Part shown: positions 9,325 to 18,260 of the stretch, one piece after another
Position numbering within the stretch: position 1 is the stretch's first letter
How the letters are laid out: each line of letters begins with the position of its first letter
Assembly (NCBI GenBank): GCA_030527825.1
Contig: JAUNAC010000002.1
Coordinates: 256,001-320,000, forward strand
Length of the DNA: 64,000 bases
DNA from: Lautropia sp.
Lineage (GTDB): Bacteria; Pseudomonadota; Gammaproteobacteria; Burkholderiales; Burkholderiaceae_E
Direction of reading: 5' to 3'
The notes under the pieces: model-generated
What the model was told of the DNA's origin: nothing
Databases searched by the model: none
What the model saw: only the letters and a program-made list of their open reading frames with translations
Position numbers and translations under genes: made by a program

Positions 9325-10560
9325 ATGATCATTACTTCTTTACTGGATACCGACCTCTACAAGTTCACGATGATGCAGGTTGTTTTGCATCACTTTCCTG
9401 GTGCACAGGTCGAGTATCGCTTCAAGTGTCGTAATCAAGGCATTGATCTGGTTCCGCTGATCGGCGAGATTGAGCGCGAGATCGGGCATCTGTGCTCGTT
9501 GCGTTTCTCGGACGGAGAGCTGGATTACCTGCGGCAGTTCCGCTTCCTCAAGAGCGATTTCATCGATTTTCTGGGGCTTTTCCAGATGAACCGCAAATAC
9601 ATCTCGATCAGTCCTGCCCAGGAGGGCGAGGGGGAGATCGACATTGTCATCCGCGGTCCATGGCTGCATACCATCCTGTTCGAGATCCCGGTACTGGCGA
9701 TCGTCAACGAACTGTATTTCCGGCGGATTGCCCCCCATCCGGATTATGCCGAGGGCTACCGGCGGCTGGAAGAGAAAATTGCCACAATCGTCGATGATCC
9801 GGAGATGCGGGACATCCGTATCGCGGACTATGGCACACGGCGCCGCTTTTCAGGCCATTGGCAGAATGAGGTGCTGCAGGTCTGCAAAGAACGCCTGGGT
9901 GACGTACTGACCGGCACGTCCAATGTCCTGTTGGCCATGCGCTATGGTCTGCGACCCCTGGGCACCATGGCGCACGAGTATCTGCAGGCGTGCCAGGCGC
10001 TTGGGCCCCGTCTGCGCGATTCGCAGATTTATGCCTTTGAGACCTGGGCGCGCGAATACCGGGGGGATCTGGGCATTGCGTTGTCCGATGTGTACGGACT
10101 GGACGCCTTTTTGCGTGATTTCGACATGTATTTCTGCAAGCTCTTCGATGGCGCCCGGCATGATTCGGGCGATCCTTTCGAATGGGGCGAGCGGATGATC
10201 CGTCATTACATTGCCAATCGCGTTGATCCTGCCTCCAAGACACTGGTTTTTTCGGATTCGCTGACCTTCGACCTGATGAAGGCGCTCTATCGGCGCTTCC
10301 ACGGGCGGGTGGTGGTGCGCTTTGGCATCGGTACCAATCTGACCAATGATTTGGGCTATATCCCGTTGCAGATTGTGATCAAAATTACTCGTTGCAACGG
10401 GCAGCCTGTGGCCAAACTGTCCGATAACCCGGGCAAGAACATGGTGACCGATCAGGATTATCTGCAGTATCTGCGCAAGGTCTTCGAGATCCCCGATCCC
10501 GGGACTCTGTCAACGCCTCCTGAGCCGGGTAGTCTGGCCGAGACGGCGGGTGGTGAATGA
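9325..10560 (+). CDS. pncB: Nicotinate phosphoribosyltransferase
   Basis: N-terminus [18 protein letters not shown] matches the PncB LLDTDxYK signature, with PncB-length body. Start at ATG 9325 (GGTGA 5 nt upstream). Stop overlaps the next gene. Confidence 0.88.
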   Translation: MIITSLLDTDLYKFTMMQVVLHHFPGAQVEYRFKCRNQGIDLVPLIGEIEREIGHLCSLRFSDGELDYLRQFRFLKSDFIDFLGLFQMNRKYISISPAQEGEGEIDIVIRGPWLHTILFEIPVLAIVNELYFRRIAPHPDYAEGYRRLEEKIATIVDDPEMRDIRIADYGTRRRFSGHWQNEVLQVCKERLGDVLTGTSNVLLAMRYGLRPLGTMAHEYLQACQALGPRLRDSQIYAFETWAREYRGDLGIALSDVYGLDAFLRDFDMYFCKLFDGARHDSGDPFEWGERMIRHYIANRVDPASKTLVFSDSLTFDLMKALYRRFHGRVVVRFGIGTNLTNDLGYIPLQIVIKITRCNGQPVAKLSDNPGKNMVTDQDYLQYLRKVFEIPDPGTLSTPPEPGSLAETAGGE

Positions 10561-11564
10561 GTACACCCCTGTCAGTGAATCGAGCCACCGGGGGTACTGA
10601 AGGCGCGTCAGGCCACCGTCCCCGGTTGCTGATTACGCGGCGCATTGACCCCCGGGTACGGGCACATCTGGCCGAGGTTTTCGCAATTGAGGACAATCCG
10701 CAGGATGATGTCTGGTCACTGTGCGGGCTGCATGCCCGACTAGCAGACAAGGATGCGGCGCTGGTGGTGGCATCCGACCAGGTTGACAGGCGCTTCCTGG
10801 CGGCAGCGCCGCATTTGCGGATGGTTGCCACGGGATCGGTGGGCACCAATCACATTGATCTGACAGCCTGCCGGGCACGTGGTGTGCAGGTGACCCACAC
10901 GCCCGGTGTCCTGGACGAGGCGACAGCGGACATGGCATGGGCATTGCTGATGGCGGCGGCCCGGCGGATCAGTGAGGCTGAGCGGTGGCTGCGGGATGGC
11001 CATTGGCAGCGCTGGGCCTGGGATCAGTTTCTGGGGGCGGATGTACATGGCACTACGCTAGGGCTGATCGGCATGGGGCGGATTGGCTGCGCCATTGCCC
11101 GCCGGGCGCGTGGCTTCGGCATGGAAATCCTGTATGCCAATCGCCGGCCTTCGCCGCATGAGGCGGAGCTGGGGGCGCATCGGGTGGCTATGTCCGAGCT
11201 GCTGGCCAGGGCCGATCATGTGATATTGGCCGTGCCCTATTCGCCAGAGACCCACCATCTGATCGACGCAGCCGCCCTGGCGCGGATGAAACCGACGGCG
11301 ACGCTGGTCAACATTGCCCGGGGCGGTGTCGTCGATGACGCAGCGCTTGCGGCCGCGTTGCAGGCGGGCCAGCTGGCCGCAGCCGGGCTGGATGTCTATG
11401 AAGGAGAGCCGGACATATTGCCGGCGCTACTGGCCTGTCGTCAGGTGGTGCTGACACCGCATATTGGCAGCGCCACCCGTGACTGCCGGCTGGCGATGGC
11501 CATGCTGGCTGCCCGCAACCTGACGGCCGTGTTTTCCGGCAGACCCGCGCTGACGCCGGTGTGA
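10557..11564 (+). CDS. D-isomer-specific 2-hydroxyacid dehydrogenase (glyoxylate/hydroxypyruvate reductase-like)
   Basis: NAD-binding GLIGMGRIG, catalytic R/E/H context (NIARG...TPHIGSAT). ATGA overlap with pncB stop. Confidence 0.85.
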   Translation: MSTPLSVNRATGGTEGASGHRPRLLITRRIDPRVRAHLAEVFAIEDNPQDDVWSLCGLHARLADKDAALVVASDQVDRRFLAAAPHLRMVATGSVGTNHIDLTACRARGVQVTHTPGVLDEATADMAWALLMAAARRISEAERWLRDGHWQRWAWDQFLGADVHGTTLGLIGMGRIGCAIARRARGFGMEILYANRRPSPHEAELGAHRVAMSELLARADHVILAVPYSPETHHLIDAAALARMKPTATLVNIARGGVVDDAALAAALQAGQLAAAGLDVYEGEPDILPALLACRQVVLTPHIGSATRDCRLAMAMLAARNLTAVFSGRPALTPV

Positions 11565-11588
11565 GGGCTGCCAGGCCGGGCCGCCGGA

Positions 11589-12698
11589 TCAGAAAAACAG
11601 GCGAACACCCAGGAGCAGCAGGCTTTCCGGCGAGGCACTGCCGGATTCGGCTGCATAGCGGCTTTCCGCAAAGGTGGCCATGTCGTGCGACAGGCGCGAG
11701 GTCAGACCCAGACCGATCATGCCATGGGTTTTGTAGCGCTCCTTGATGTGTCCGTTCCCGTCAGTCACCTGATGTTGCAGTTCTACCTGCAGGCGGGGCT
11801 GAACCGGCCCCAGCAGGCCACCCAGCCCATCGGCCTCGATGACGCTGCCGAATGACAGACTGGCCCGGGAGCGGTTCGCGTGCCAGCCCCGGGCGTCCAG
11901 CGGCGATGCATCCAACCGGGTACTCATCAGGTCATAGCGGCTGTAGGGCGAAAAGCTCCAGCCATAAAAAACTTCCGGCTGGTGATTGAGCTCCAGACTG
12001 ATCGCCTGTGACATGCCGGCAATGCCGAGGCCGTGATCGCCGTAACCGAGCAGAAATGCCCGGCGCGCTCGGTGCATGCCCAGTGAAAAGCTCATGTCGA
12101 GCATCAATGCCTGCGCCGGTTGCAGCGATAGATAGGCCGACAGGACGGTGCCGGAAGCCTTGCGGGTAGCGATGCGTCCGGCTGCGAAACCGATGGCGAC
12201 TTCTTCATTGACCTGTTGATCGCTGCCGATGACGGTGCCCGGGGTAGTCAACCCCAGACCGCTGCTGTTGTTGATGCTGTACAGGGTTCCCCGGACATAG
12301 ACATTGGTCTTTCCTGGTGCGCTGTTGGCCAGACGGACAGATCCGGATTTCAGCACCGGGCTGCTGGCCAGCGGAATATTGCCGCCGGTCCGGTCCGACA
12401 GCTGGAGCTGGTTCTGGAAGCGCGGCACGTCACGGCTGTAGGCGCGGGACAGATGTTTCTGGCGCGTGCGGATCTGCGCCATGTGGGTCTGCAGGCCGCC
12501 TTGGGCCTGATCCAGGAATGACCATGATGCCTGCCGGCAAATGCCGGCAATATCATCGGTATCGGCGCGGGCCAGGCCCGGTATGATCAACGCAGCCGCC
12601 AGGCACAGGGTGAGGAGTTGCCCCGGTCGTCCGGTAAACTGTGCCCGGCGAGCAGCGGGAGCCGGCAGACGACGCAGGGAGGTAACAGGCGACAACAT
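11589..12698 (-). CDS. Outer-membrane beta-barrel protein, autotransporter-translocator-like, with signal peptide
   Basis: Signal peptide (...LTLCLAAALIIPGLARA/DT). Predicted linker helix (LQTHMAQIRTRQKHL). Alternating beta-strand pattern. C-terminal beta-signal ...LLLGVRLFF ending in Phe. Start assigned at ATG 12698. The upstream 135 codons of the ORF are not protein-like. ATG 12758 is an alternative. Confidence 0.6.
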   Translation of the reverse strand: MLSPVTSLRRLPAPAARRAQFTGRPGQLLTLCLAAALIIPGLARADTDDIAGICRQASWSFLDQAQGGLQTHMAQIRTRQKHLSRAYSRDVPRFQNQLQLSDRTGGNIPLASSPVLKSGSVRLANSAPGKTNVYVRGTLYSINNSSGLGLTTPGTVIGSDQQVNEEVAIGFAAGRIATRKASGTVLSAYLSLQPAQALMLDMSFSLGMHRARRAFLLGYGDHGLGIAGMSQAISLELNHQPEVFYGWSFSPYSRYDLMSTRLDASPLDARGWHANRSRASLSFGSVIEADGLGGLLGPVQPRLQVELQHQVTDGNGHIKERYKTHGMIGLGLTSRLSHDMATFAESRYAAESGSASPESLLLLGVRLFF

Positions 12699-12944
12699 GA
12701 TGGCTGCACGCGAAAGGACATGACAACGGTGTTTCAGTGGACGATCACTGCCGGACATGTGCCCTGTGCGGCGGGAGTGGCCGGAAGGGAAAATGCCCAA
12801 GAGCATGATTTTTCTGGAAAGCATCGCCTGATCCATCCCCGGGCGGATGAGCGGTCGTGAGCAGCTTGATGGCTGGTTCATCCGGGCCGGAATCACCATG
12901 ACATTGTTATTCTTTTGTGTCCCAAAATCACTTGTTGTATCAAA

Positions 12945-13859
12945 ATGGAAACAAAAAAGCCTGAGTACGATGATGGGCGTGCAGCCCCCGGGGGAACGGC
13001 TCCGGCGGTTCGCCGGGTGGGCCTGATTCCGGCGGCAGGGCGGGGCACGCGGCTGGCGCCACTGCCTTTCAGCAAGGAGCTGATGCCGGTGGGTTTTCAG
13101 CATGCCCGCGAAGGCGCTGACCGCAAGCCCAAGCCGGTATCGCAGTACCTGCTGGAACGCATGCGCCGGGCAGGGACACAGCAGGTGTTTTTCATCACCC
13201 GCCCGGGCAAGGGAGACATCGCCGACTACTATGGGGATGGCCGCCGGCTGGGCATGGACTTTGCCTATCTGCAGGCGGGGCTGCCGTGGGGGCCGCCCTT
13301 TTCGCTTGCCCAGGCCGTGCCGTTTATTGGCGATGCCGAGGTCGTGTTCGGTTTCCCGGACATCCTGATTGATCCGGTTGATTCATTCACACCATTGCTG
13401 GCCCGTCAGGTGGCAACGGGGGCTGATGTCGTGCTGGGGCTGTTCAATGCGACGGCCCGCGAACCGGGCGATGTGATCACCTGGGATCGTGACAGCGGCC
13501 AGGTGCTGAATCTGGAGACCAAGGAGGAACGTCCCCAGCGGCCGGCGCATTACATCTGCTGGATGTTTGCTGTCTGGAACGGGCGTTTTTCCGCATTTCT
13601 GAAAGCGGAGTGTGAACGGCTGGCCGGGGTGGCACGGCAACGTCTGGCCGCCGCACCGCAGGCGCCTGCGCCGGAGTGGCCGGTCGGTGCCGTGATCTCG
13701 GCAGCCATCCGGGCTGGTCTGCAGGTCAACAGCGTCTATTTCCCACAGGGACGCTTTCTGGACATTGGCGAGCCGGATGGCATTACGGCAGCGGCGGCCT
13801 TTCCGGGCGTCTGGGATGGGCGCAGCCCATATCCGGACGAAGCCGGATCCGCCACATGA
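12945..13859 (+). CDS. Sugar-phosphate nucleotidyltransferase-fold protein, GalU-like paralog
   Basis: GLIPAAGRGTRLAPLPFSKELMPV is a close match to the GalU N-terminal GxGTRxLPxTKxxPKEMLP signature, followed by a divergent body. Preceded by an AT-rich promoter-like region. In-frame GTG (VGLIPAAG) is an alternative start. Confidence 0.7.
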   Translation: METKKPEYDDGRAAPGGTAPAVRRVGLIPAAGRGTRLAPLPFSKELMPVGFQHAREGADRKPKPVSQYLLERMRRAGTQQVFFITRPGKGDIADYYGDGRRLGMDFAYLQAGLPWGPPFSLAQAVPFIGDAEVVFGFPDILIDPVDSFTPLLARQVATGADVVLGLFNATAREPGDVITWDRDSGQVLNLETKEERPQRPAHYICWMFAVWNGRFSAFLKAECERLAGVARQRLAAAPQAPAPEWPVGAVISAAIRAGLQVNSVYFPQGRFLDIGEPDGITAAAAFPGVWDGRSPYPDEAGSAT

Positions 13860-14503
13860 TGGCCGCTGCAGACTGGCCCTGCGCATGGTGGCTGGTTCCG
13901 GCCGAGCCGCAGCGCGCCCTGTTGCAGCAATGGATAGACCGGCTGGCCATTCAGGGGCCAGGCCCGTCGTTTGAGCCCCATCTGACGCTGGCACTGTCAA
14001 CCTTGCCCGCCCGGATTGTGCCGGCCGATTTGCCTGCCCAGGCCGTGGCGGCAGGGGTGGCCAGCGTGTGCCGTCCGGATGGTCTGTCGCTGACGGCAGA
14101 TGGTCTTGGTCACGAACCGGCGTATTTCAGAGCCTTGTATCTGCGTCTGGCAACGCGGCGGTCGGAGCGTATGTGGCTGGCCGATATCGTGCGGGCCGTG
14201 GCGGCAGGGCTGGCCGGCGCGGTGGAAAGTACCGGTATCCAGACGGCCGCTACTCAGTTTGTTCCACATCTGAGCCTGGCCTATGGCGCATGGACGGCGG
14301 CGGAGCGCCAGCGGCTGGCGCAGCAGGTACCCGTGTGTGAATTGCCGGACAGCATCCGCTTCGATACGCTGGTGGGGGTCTGTCCACGCCCGGGAGCGGC
14401 CAGTCTGTCCCGGGTGGAGGACTGGCAGGTATCTCTGCGTCTGCCGCTGGTGGGCTTGGATGGGCAGGGCGAACGTCGCCTGGAAAAGACAGACGGTCTG
14501 TAA
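13856..14503 (+). CDS. 2H phosphoesterase superfamily protein (LigT / cyclic phosphodiesterase-like)
   Basis: Two H-x-[TS]-x motifs with the right spacing (PHLTLAL ... PHLSLAY). Start ATG overlaps the stop of the upstream nucleotidyltransferase (ATGA). The ORF-track 5' extension is read-through inside the upstream gene. Confidence 0.7.
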   Translation: MMAAADWPCAWWLVPAEPQRALLQQWIDRLAIQGPGPSFEPHLTLALSTLPARIVPADLPAQAVAAGVASVCRPDGLSLTADGLGHEPAYFRALYLRLATRRSERMWLADIVRAVAAGLAGAVESTGIQTAATQFVPHLSLAYGAWTAAERQRLAQQVPVCELPDSIRFDTLVGVCPRPGAASLSRVEDWQVSLRLPLVGLDGQGERRLEKTDGL

Positions 14504-14663
14504 AGAGGGATATCCCTAATCGGCAGCGCTGGAGCAGGATCGTAGGATGAAAGGTCAGGCTATCTCCTATGTCCGTTGGGCCTGTTTTCAGGTTCAGGAG
14601 GCAGCATGAGCAGTCCTATGGCAACACAGGTAGCGGACATCGCATGGCTGGAGGGGTTTCGTC

Positions 14664-14942
14664 ATGTCCCACCTGGAAGACGATTTTCGTAAAGCGCAGC
14701 AGCAGGTGCAGGCGCTTGGAGAACAGCAGGGGCGCATTGTCCAGCTCAGGCTGCATGCGTTGTTCATGCAGGCCACCCACGGTAATGTGTCCGGGCCACG
14801 TCCGGGATTTTCCGATTTCGAGGGGCGTTCACGCTGGGACGCCTGGCAGGCGCTGGGCGGCATGACGCATGAAGACGCCATGGCTGAATACATTGCAGAG
14901 GCGGCCCGTCTGACCTATCGCCAGATGCTGGGTACGGTGTAG
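14664..14942 (+). CDS. Acyl-CoA-binding protein (ACBP)
   Basis: 92 aa. Four-helix ACBP signature (LxLxALxxQAxxGxxxxxxPGxxDxxGxxxWDAWxxLxGMxxEDAMxxYI). SD GGAGGGG 6 nt upstream. Confidence 0.85.
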   Translation: MSHLEDDFRKAQQQVQALGEQQGRIVQLRLHALFMQATHGNVSGPRPGFSDFEGRSRWDAWQALGGMTHEDAMAEYIAEAARLTYRQMLGTV

Positions 14943-15062
14943 CGGGCATCCGAATTTGGGGTTTGCGCGGATACCGGATATCATTACTGGCTCCTTGCCA
15001 CACGGTCTTGGCTGTCCGCCGGCCGGTGGCTTTCTTCCTAGGGAAATCCAGAAGGGTAATCC

Positions 15063-15455
15063 ATGCGACATTATGAAATCGTCTTCATGGTCCATCCGGA
15101 CCAGAGCGAACAGGTGCCTGCGATGATCGAGCGATACAAGCAGATGGTCGAAGGCGCCAGCGGCAAGATGCACCGGGTCGAGGATTGGGGACGGCTGCAG
15201 TTGGCCTATCCCATCCAGAAAATTGGCAAGGCACACTATGTGCTGATGAACGTCGAGTGTGACCAGCATACGCTGGGCGAGATCGAAAATGCCTTCCGCT
15301 TTAACGATGCCGTCCTGCGCCATCTGGTGGTGCGGATGGACAAGGCCGAGACCGGTCCCTCGGTGATGAGCAAGCGCCTGCAGAAGGAAGAGTCCCGCAA
15401 GACATCCAGCGCTGATGCAACGGCTGCGTCGACTGACAGCAGCGCGGCCGAGTAA
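15063..15455 (+). CDS. rpsF: 30S ribosomal protein S6
   Basis: [25 protein letters not shown]... with acidic C-tail. First gene of the conserved rpsF-priB-rpsR-rplI cluster. Confidence 0.97.
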   Translation: MRHYEIVFMVHPDQSEQVPAMIERYKQMVEGASGKMHRVEDWGRLQLAYPIQKIGKAHYVLMNVECDQHTLGEIENAFRFNDAVLRHLVVRMDKAETGPSVMSKRLQKEESRKTSSADATAASTDSSAAE

Positions 15456-15475
15456 TCGGCACGTCAGCGTGTCAG

Positions 15476-15832
15476 ATGCAGCCTATGGGCCCGCCGGGAT
15501 CGCAGGCCAGTGAAGGGAAGCCGGCTGTTATTCAGTCGGCACTGAACGAGCTTGCATTGACGGCAGAGCTGACAGAACGTGGCATACCGCGCTACAACCT
15601 GTCGGGACTGCCCGTGACGGAAGGGGTGCTGACGCACACATCACGTCGTCCCGAGGCTGGCATAGAACGCGAGGTCCATCTGCAGATCCAGGCGATTGCC
15701 ATGGGTGAGGTTGCCAGCCGGCTGGGCAGCATCGCACCCGGTACCCAGGTGAGCGTGCGGGGGTTTCTCACGCAGGCCCGCAGGAGCACCCGCCTGATCT
15801 GTCTGCACCTGACACACATCGATCCGTACTGA
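15476..15832 (+). CDS. priB: Primosomal replication protein N (PriB)
   Basis: OB-fold protein between rpsF and rpsR. Resembles betaproteobacterial PriB (LxLTAxLxERxxxRYTxxGxP...RRS). Start codon uncertain: the homologous N-terminus begins near codon 25 of this ORF with no canonical start there. Confidence 0.75.
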   Translation: MQPMGPPGSQASEGKPAVIQSALNELALTAELTERGIPRYNLSGLPVTEGVLTHTSRRPEAGIEREVHLQIQAIAMGEVASRLGSIAPGTQVSVRGFLTQARRSTRLICLHLTHIDPY

Positions 15833-15855
15833 ACACACATACAAGAGGTTTCATC

Positions 15856-16131
15856 ATGGTTGGTTTCCGTCGCGGCAGCAAAGACCGCAAACCCAAACGT
15901 CCCGCCCAGTCCGCACTGTTCAAGCGCAAAAAGTTCTGCCGCTTCACGGCTGAAAAGGTGGAGTGGATTGACTACAAGGATGTGGACACACTGAAAGACT
16001 TTGTGACCGAACAGGGCAAGATCATTCCGGCCCGCCTGACCGGTACCTCGGCTCACTACCAGCGCCAGCTGGGCGTTGCCATCCGGCGCGCCCGCTTCCT
16101 TGCCCTGATGCCCTACACCGACAACCACTGA
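15856..16131 (+). CDS. rpsR: 30S ribosomal protein S18
   Basis: [28 protein letters not shown]...[26 protein letters not shown]. Confidence 0.97.
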   Translation: MVGFRRGSKDRKPKRPAQSALFKRKKFCRFTAEKVEWIDYKDVDTLKDFVTEQGKIIPARLTGTSAHYQRQLGVAIRRARFLALMPYTDNH

Positions 16132-16202
16132 TACCCCATTGCCGGGGTGGAACAGCTGCCATCGTGGTCTGATGATGGCCCAGTACATCCCCGCAGGAGC
16201 GC

Positions 16203-16661
16203 ATGATGCAGATTATTTTGCTTGAGAAAGTCGTCAATCTTGGTCAGTTGGGTGATGTCGTCCGTGTACGGGACGGCTATGCCCGCAATTTTCTGATTCC
16301 GAAAGGCAAAGCCCGCCGCGCCACCCAGGCGGCAGTTGCCGAGTTCGAGGCCCGTCGTGCCGAACTGGAGCGGATCCAGGCTGAAAAACTGGCCGCGGCC
16401 CAGGCCGAAGGTAACAAACTGGCCGGCCGTCAGATTTCACTGACCGAGAAGGCTGGTGTGGATGGACGCCTGTTCGGCTCCGTGACCAACGCCAACATCG
16501 CTGATGCCCTGCACAAGGCCGGTTTTGCCGGTGTTCAGAAGCAGATGGTTCGCATGCCGCAGGGGCATATCAAGACCATTGGAGAGCATCCCGTTCAGGT
16601 AGCGCTGCATACCGATGTGCTGGTCGACATCACAGTGAATGTGGTGGGCGAAACGGCCTGA
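16203..16661 (+). CDS. rplI: 50S ribosomal protein L9
   Basis: [36 protein letters not shown]... Start at 16203 or 16206. Confidence 0.97.
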   Translation: MMQIILLEKVVNLGQLGDVVRVRDGYARNFLIPKGKARRATQAAVAEFEARRAELERIQAEKLAAAQAEGNKLAGRQISLTEKAGVDGRLFGSVTNANIADALHKAGFAGVQKQMVRMPQGHIKTIGEHPVQVALHTDVLVDITVNVVGETA

Positions 16662-16813
16662 CGTTTTCCGGGCGGCACGTCCAGACAGTTTCAGTGTGCA
16701 GGCGTTTTCGCGCGTGTGATGTTTGTGTCACGACGGCGCCTGGCATGCCTTGATGGACTGTCCGGTTGAAAACCGGTGTCCTACTGTCTGGTTCCTGCTT
16801 CCGGATGAACAGC

Positions 16814-16849
16814 GGGGCGTCCCTTATGGGATGCCCCTTTTTTGTTTTT
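16814..16849 (+). terminator. Rho-independent terminator after rplI
   Basis: 10-bp GC-rich stem (GGGGCGTCCC / GGGATGCCCC, one G:U), loop TTAT, then TTTTTTGTTTTTG. Confidence 0.8.
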
Positions 16850-16880
16850 GCCAGTGTCTGGCCCTAGCCAGAGAGTCCTC

Positions 16881-18242
16881 ATGGATAGCGAAATTGCACA
16901 GTTACGGGTGCCGCCCCACTCGATCGAAGCCGAACAATCCGTCCTGGGGGGATTACTGTTAAATAACACGACCTGGGAAGATATTGCCGATATCATTTCT
17001 GATGATGATTTTTATCGACAAGATCACCGTTTGATATGGCAAAGCATCAGCCAGCTGTTACGTGCCGGGCGTCCGGCGGATGCCTTGACCGTCAAGGATG
17101 CGCTACAACAATCCGGAAGGCTGGACGATGCGGGAGGGGAGCAGTATCTGGCCACGCTTTCCAATGCGGTGATTTCTGCCACGAATATTCGCCATTACGC
17201 CGAGATGGTGCGTGACCGGGCGGTTCTGCGCCGGCTGATCGCCGTCTCCGATCAGATTGCGACCGAGGCGTTCAGTGCACAGGGGCGCCCGGTGAACGAG
17301 GTGCTGGATGCGGCAGAAGCGGAAATGTTCAGAATTGCCGAAGACAACGGCAAGAAGCGCAACGATTTCCAGCATATCGGCCCTCTGTCGGGCAAAGTCT
17401 TTCAGCGTATTGACGAGCTCTACAACCGTGACAATCCCAGCGAGATTACGGGCATTGCGACCGGCTTTGTTGATCTTGACCGGATGACGTCAGGCATGCA
17501 GCCAGGTGATCTGATCATTGTCGCTGCCCGACCATCGGTAGGTAAAACGGCCTTTGCGCTGAACATTGGCGAACACGTGTCTGTGCATGAGAAGTTGCCG
17601 GTGGCGGTGTTCAGCATGGAGATGGGAGCCGAGCAGCTCGCGATGCGCCTTATCGGCTCGGCGGGGCGCATCGACCAGCAACGGCTGCGTACTGGCCGTC
17701 TGACCGAGGATGATTTCATCCGTCTGACTGATGCCATGGGCAAGATGCAGGACGCACCATTATTTATTGACGAAACGCCAGCGCTCAATCCGTTTGAGCT
17801 GCGGGCCAGGGCAAGACGTCTGGCCCGGCAGTATGGCCATCTGGGTCTGATTGTGATTGACTATTTGCAGCTGATGAGCGGCGGAAACCCGAACAGCCGG
17901 GAGAACCGGGCCACGGAAGTCGGGGAAATTTCCCGAGCGCTCAAATCACTGGCCAAGGAGCTGAAATGCCCGGTCATTGCGCTGTCACAGCTCTCGCGTG
18001 AAGTGGAAAAGCGTCAGGACAAGAAGCCGATCATGAGTGATCTGCGTGAGTCGGGTTCGATTGAGCAGGATGCCGACGTGATTTTCTTTATTCATCGGGA
18101 TGACCGCTATGATCCGGATGCCGAGACCAAGGGGATGGCCGAGATTATCATCGGCAAACAGCGTAATGGTCCGATTGGCTCGGTGACGCTGGCGTTTCAG
18201 GGACAGTATACGAAGTTCGAGAACTTTGCAGCCGGTGTCTGA
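16881..18242 (+). CDS. dnaB: Replicative DNA helicase DnaB
   Basis: N-terminal PPHSIEAEQSVLGGLLL, Walker A GARPSVGKTAFALN, Walker B LIVIDYLQLM, IIGKQRNGP. Start at ATG 16881. Confidence 0.95.
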   Translation: MDSEIAQLRVPPHSIEAEQSVLGGLLLNNTTWEDIADIISDDDFYRQDHRLIWQSISQLLRAGRPADALTVKDALQQSGRLDDAGGEQYLATLSNAVISATNIRHYAEMVRDRAVLRRLIAVSDQIATEAFSAQGRPVNEVLDAAEAEMFRIAEDNGKKRNDFQHIGPLSGKVFQRIDELYNRDNPSEITGIATGFVDLDRMTSGMQPGDLIIVAARPSVGKTAFALNIGEHVSVHEKLPVAVFSMEMGAEQLAMRLIGSAGRIDQQRLRTGRLTEDDFIRLTDAMGKMQDAPLFIDETPALNPFELRARARRLARQYGHLGLIVIDYLQLMSGGNPNSRENRATEVGEISRALKSLAKELKCPVIALSQLSREVEKRQDKKPIMSDLRESGSIEQDADVIFFIHRDDRYDPDAETKGMAEIIIGKQRNGPIGSVTLAFQGQYTKFENFAAGV

Positions 18243-18260
18243 GGCCAGCGCCTGGAGAAT

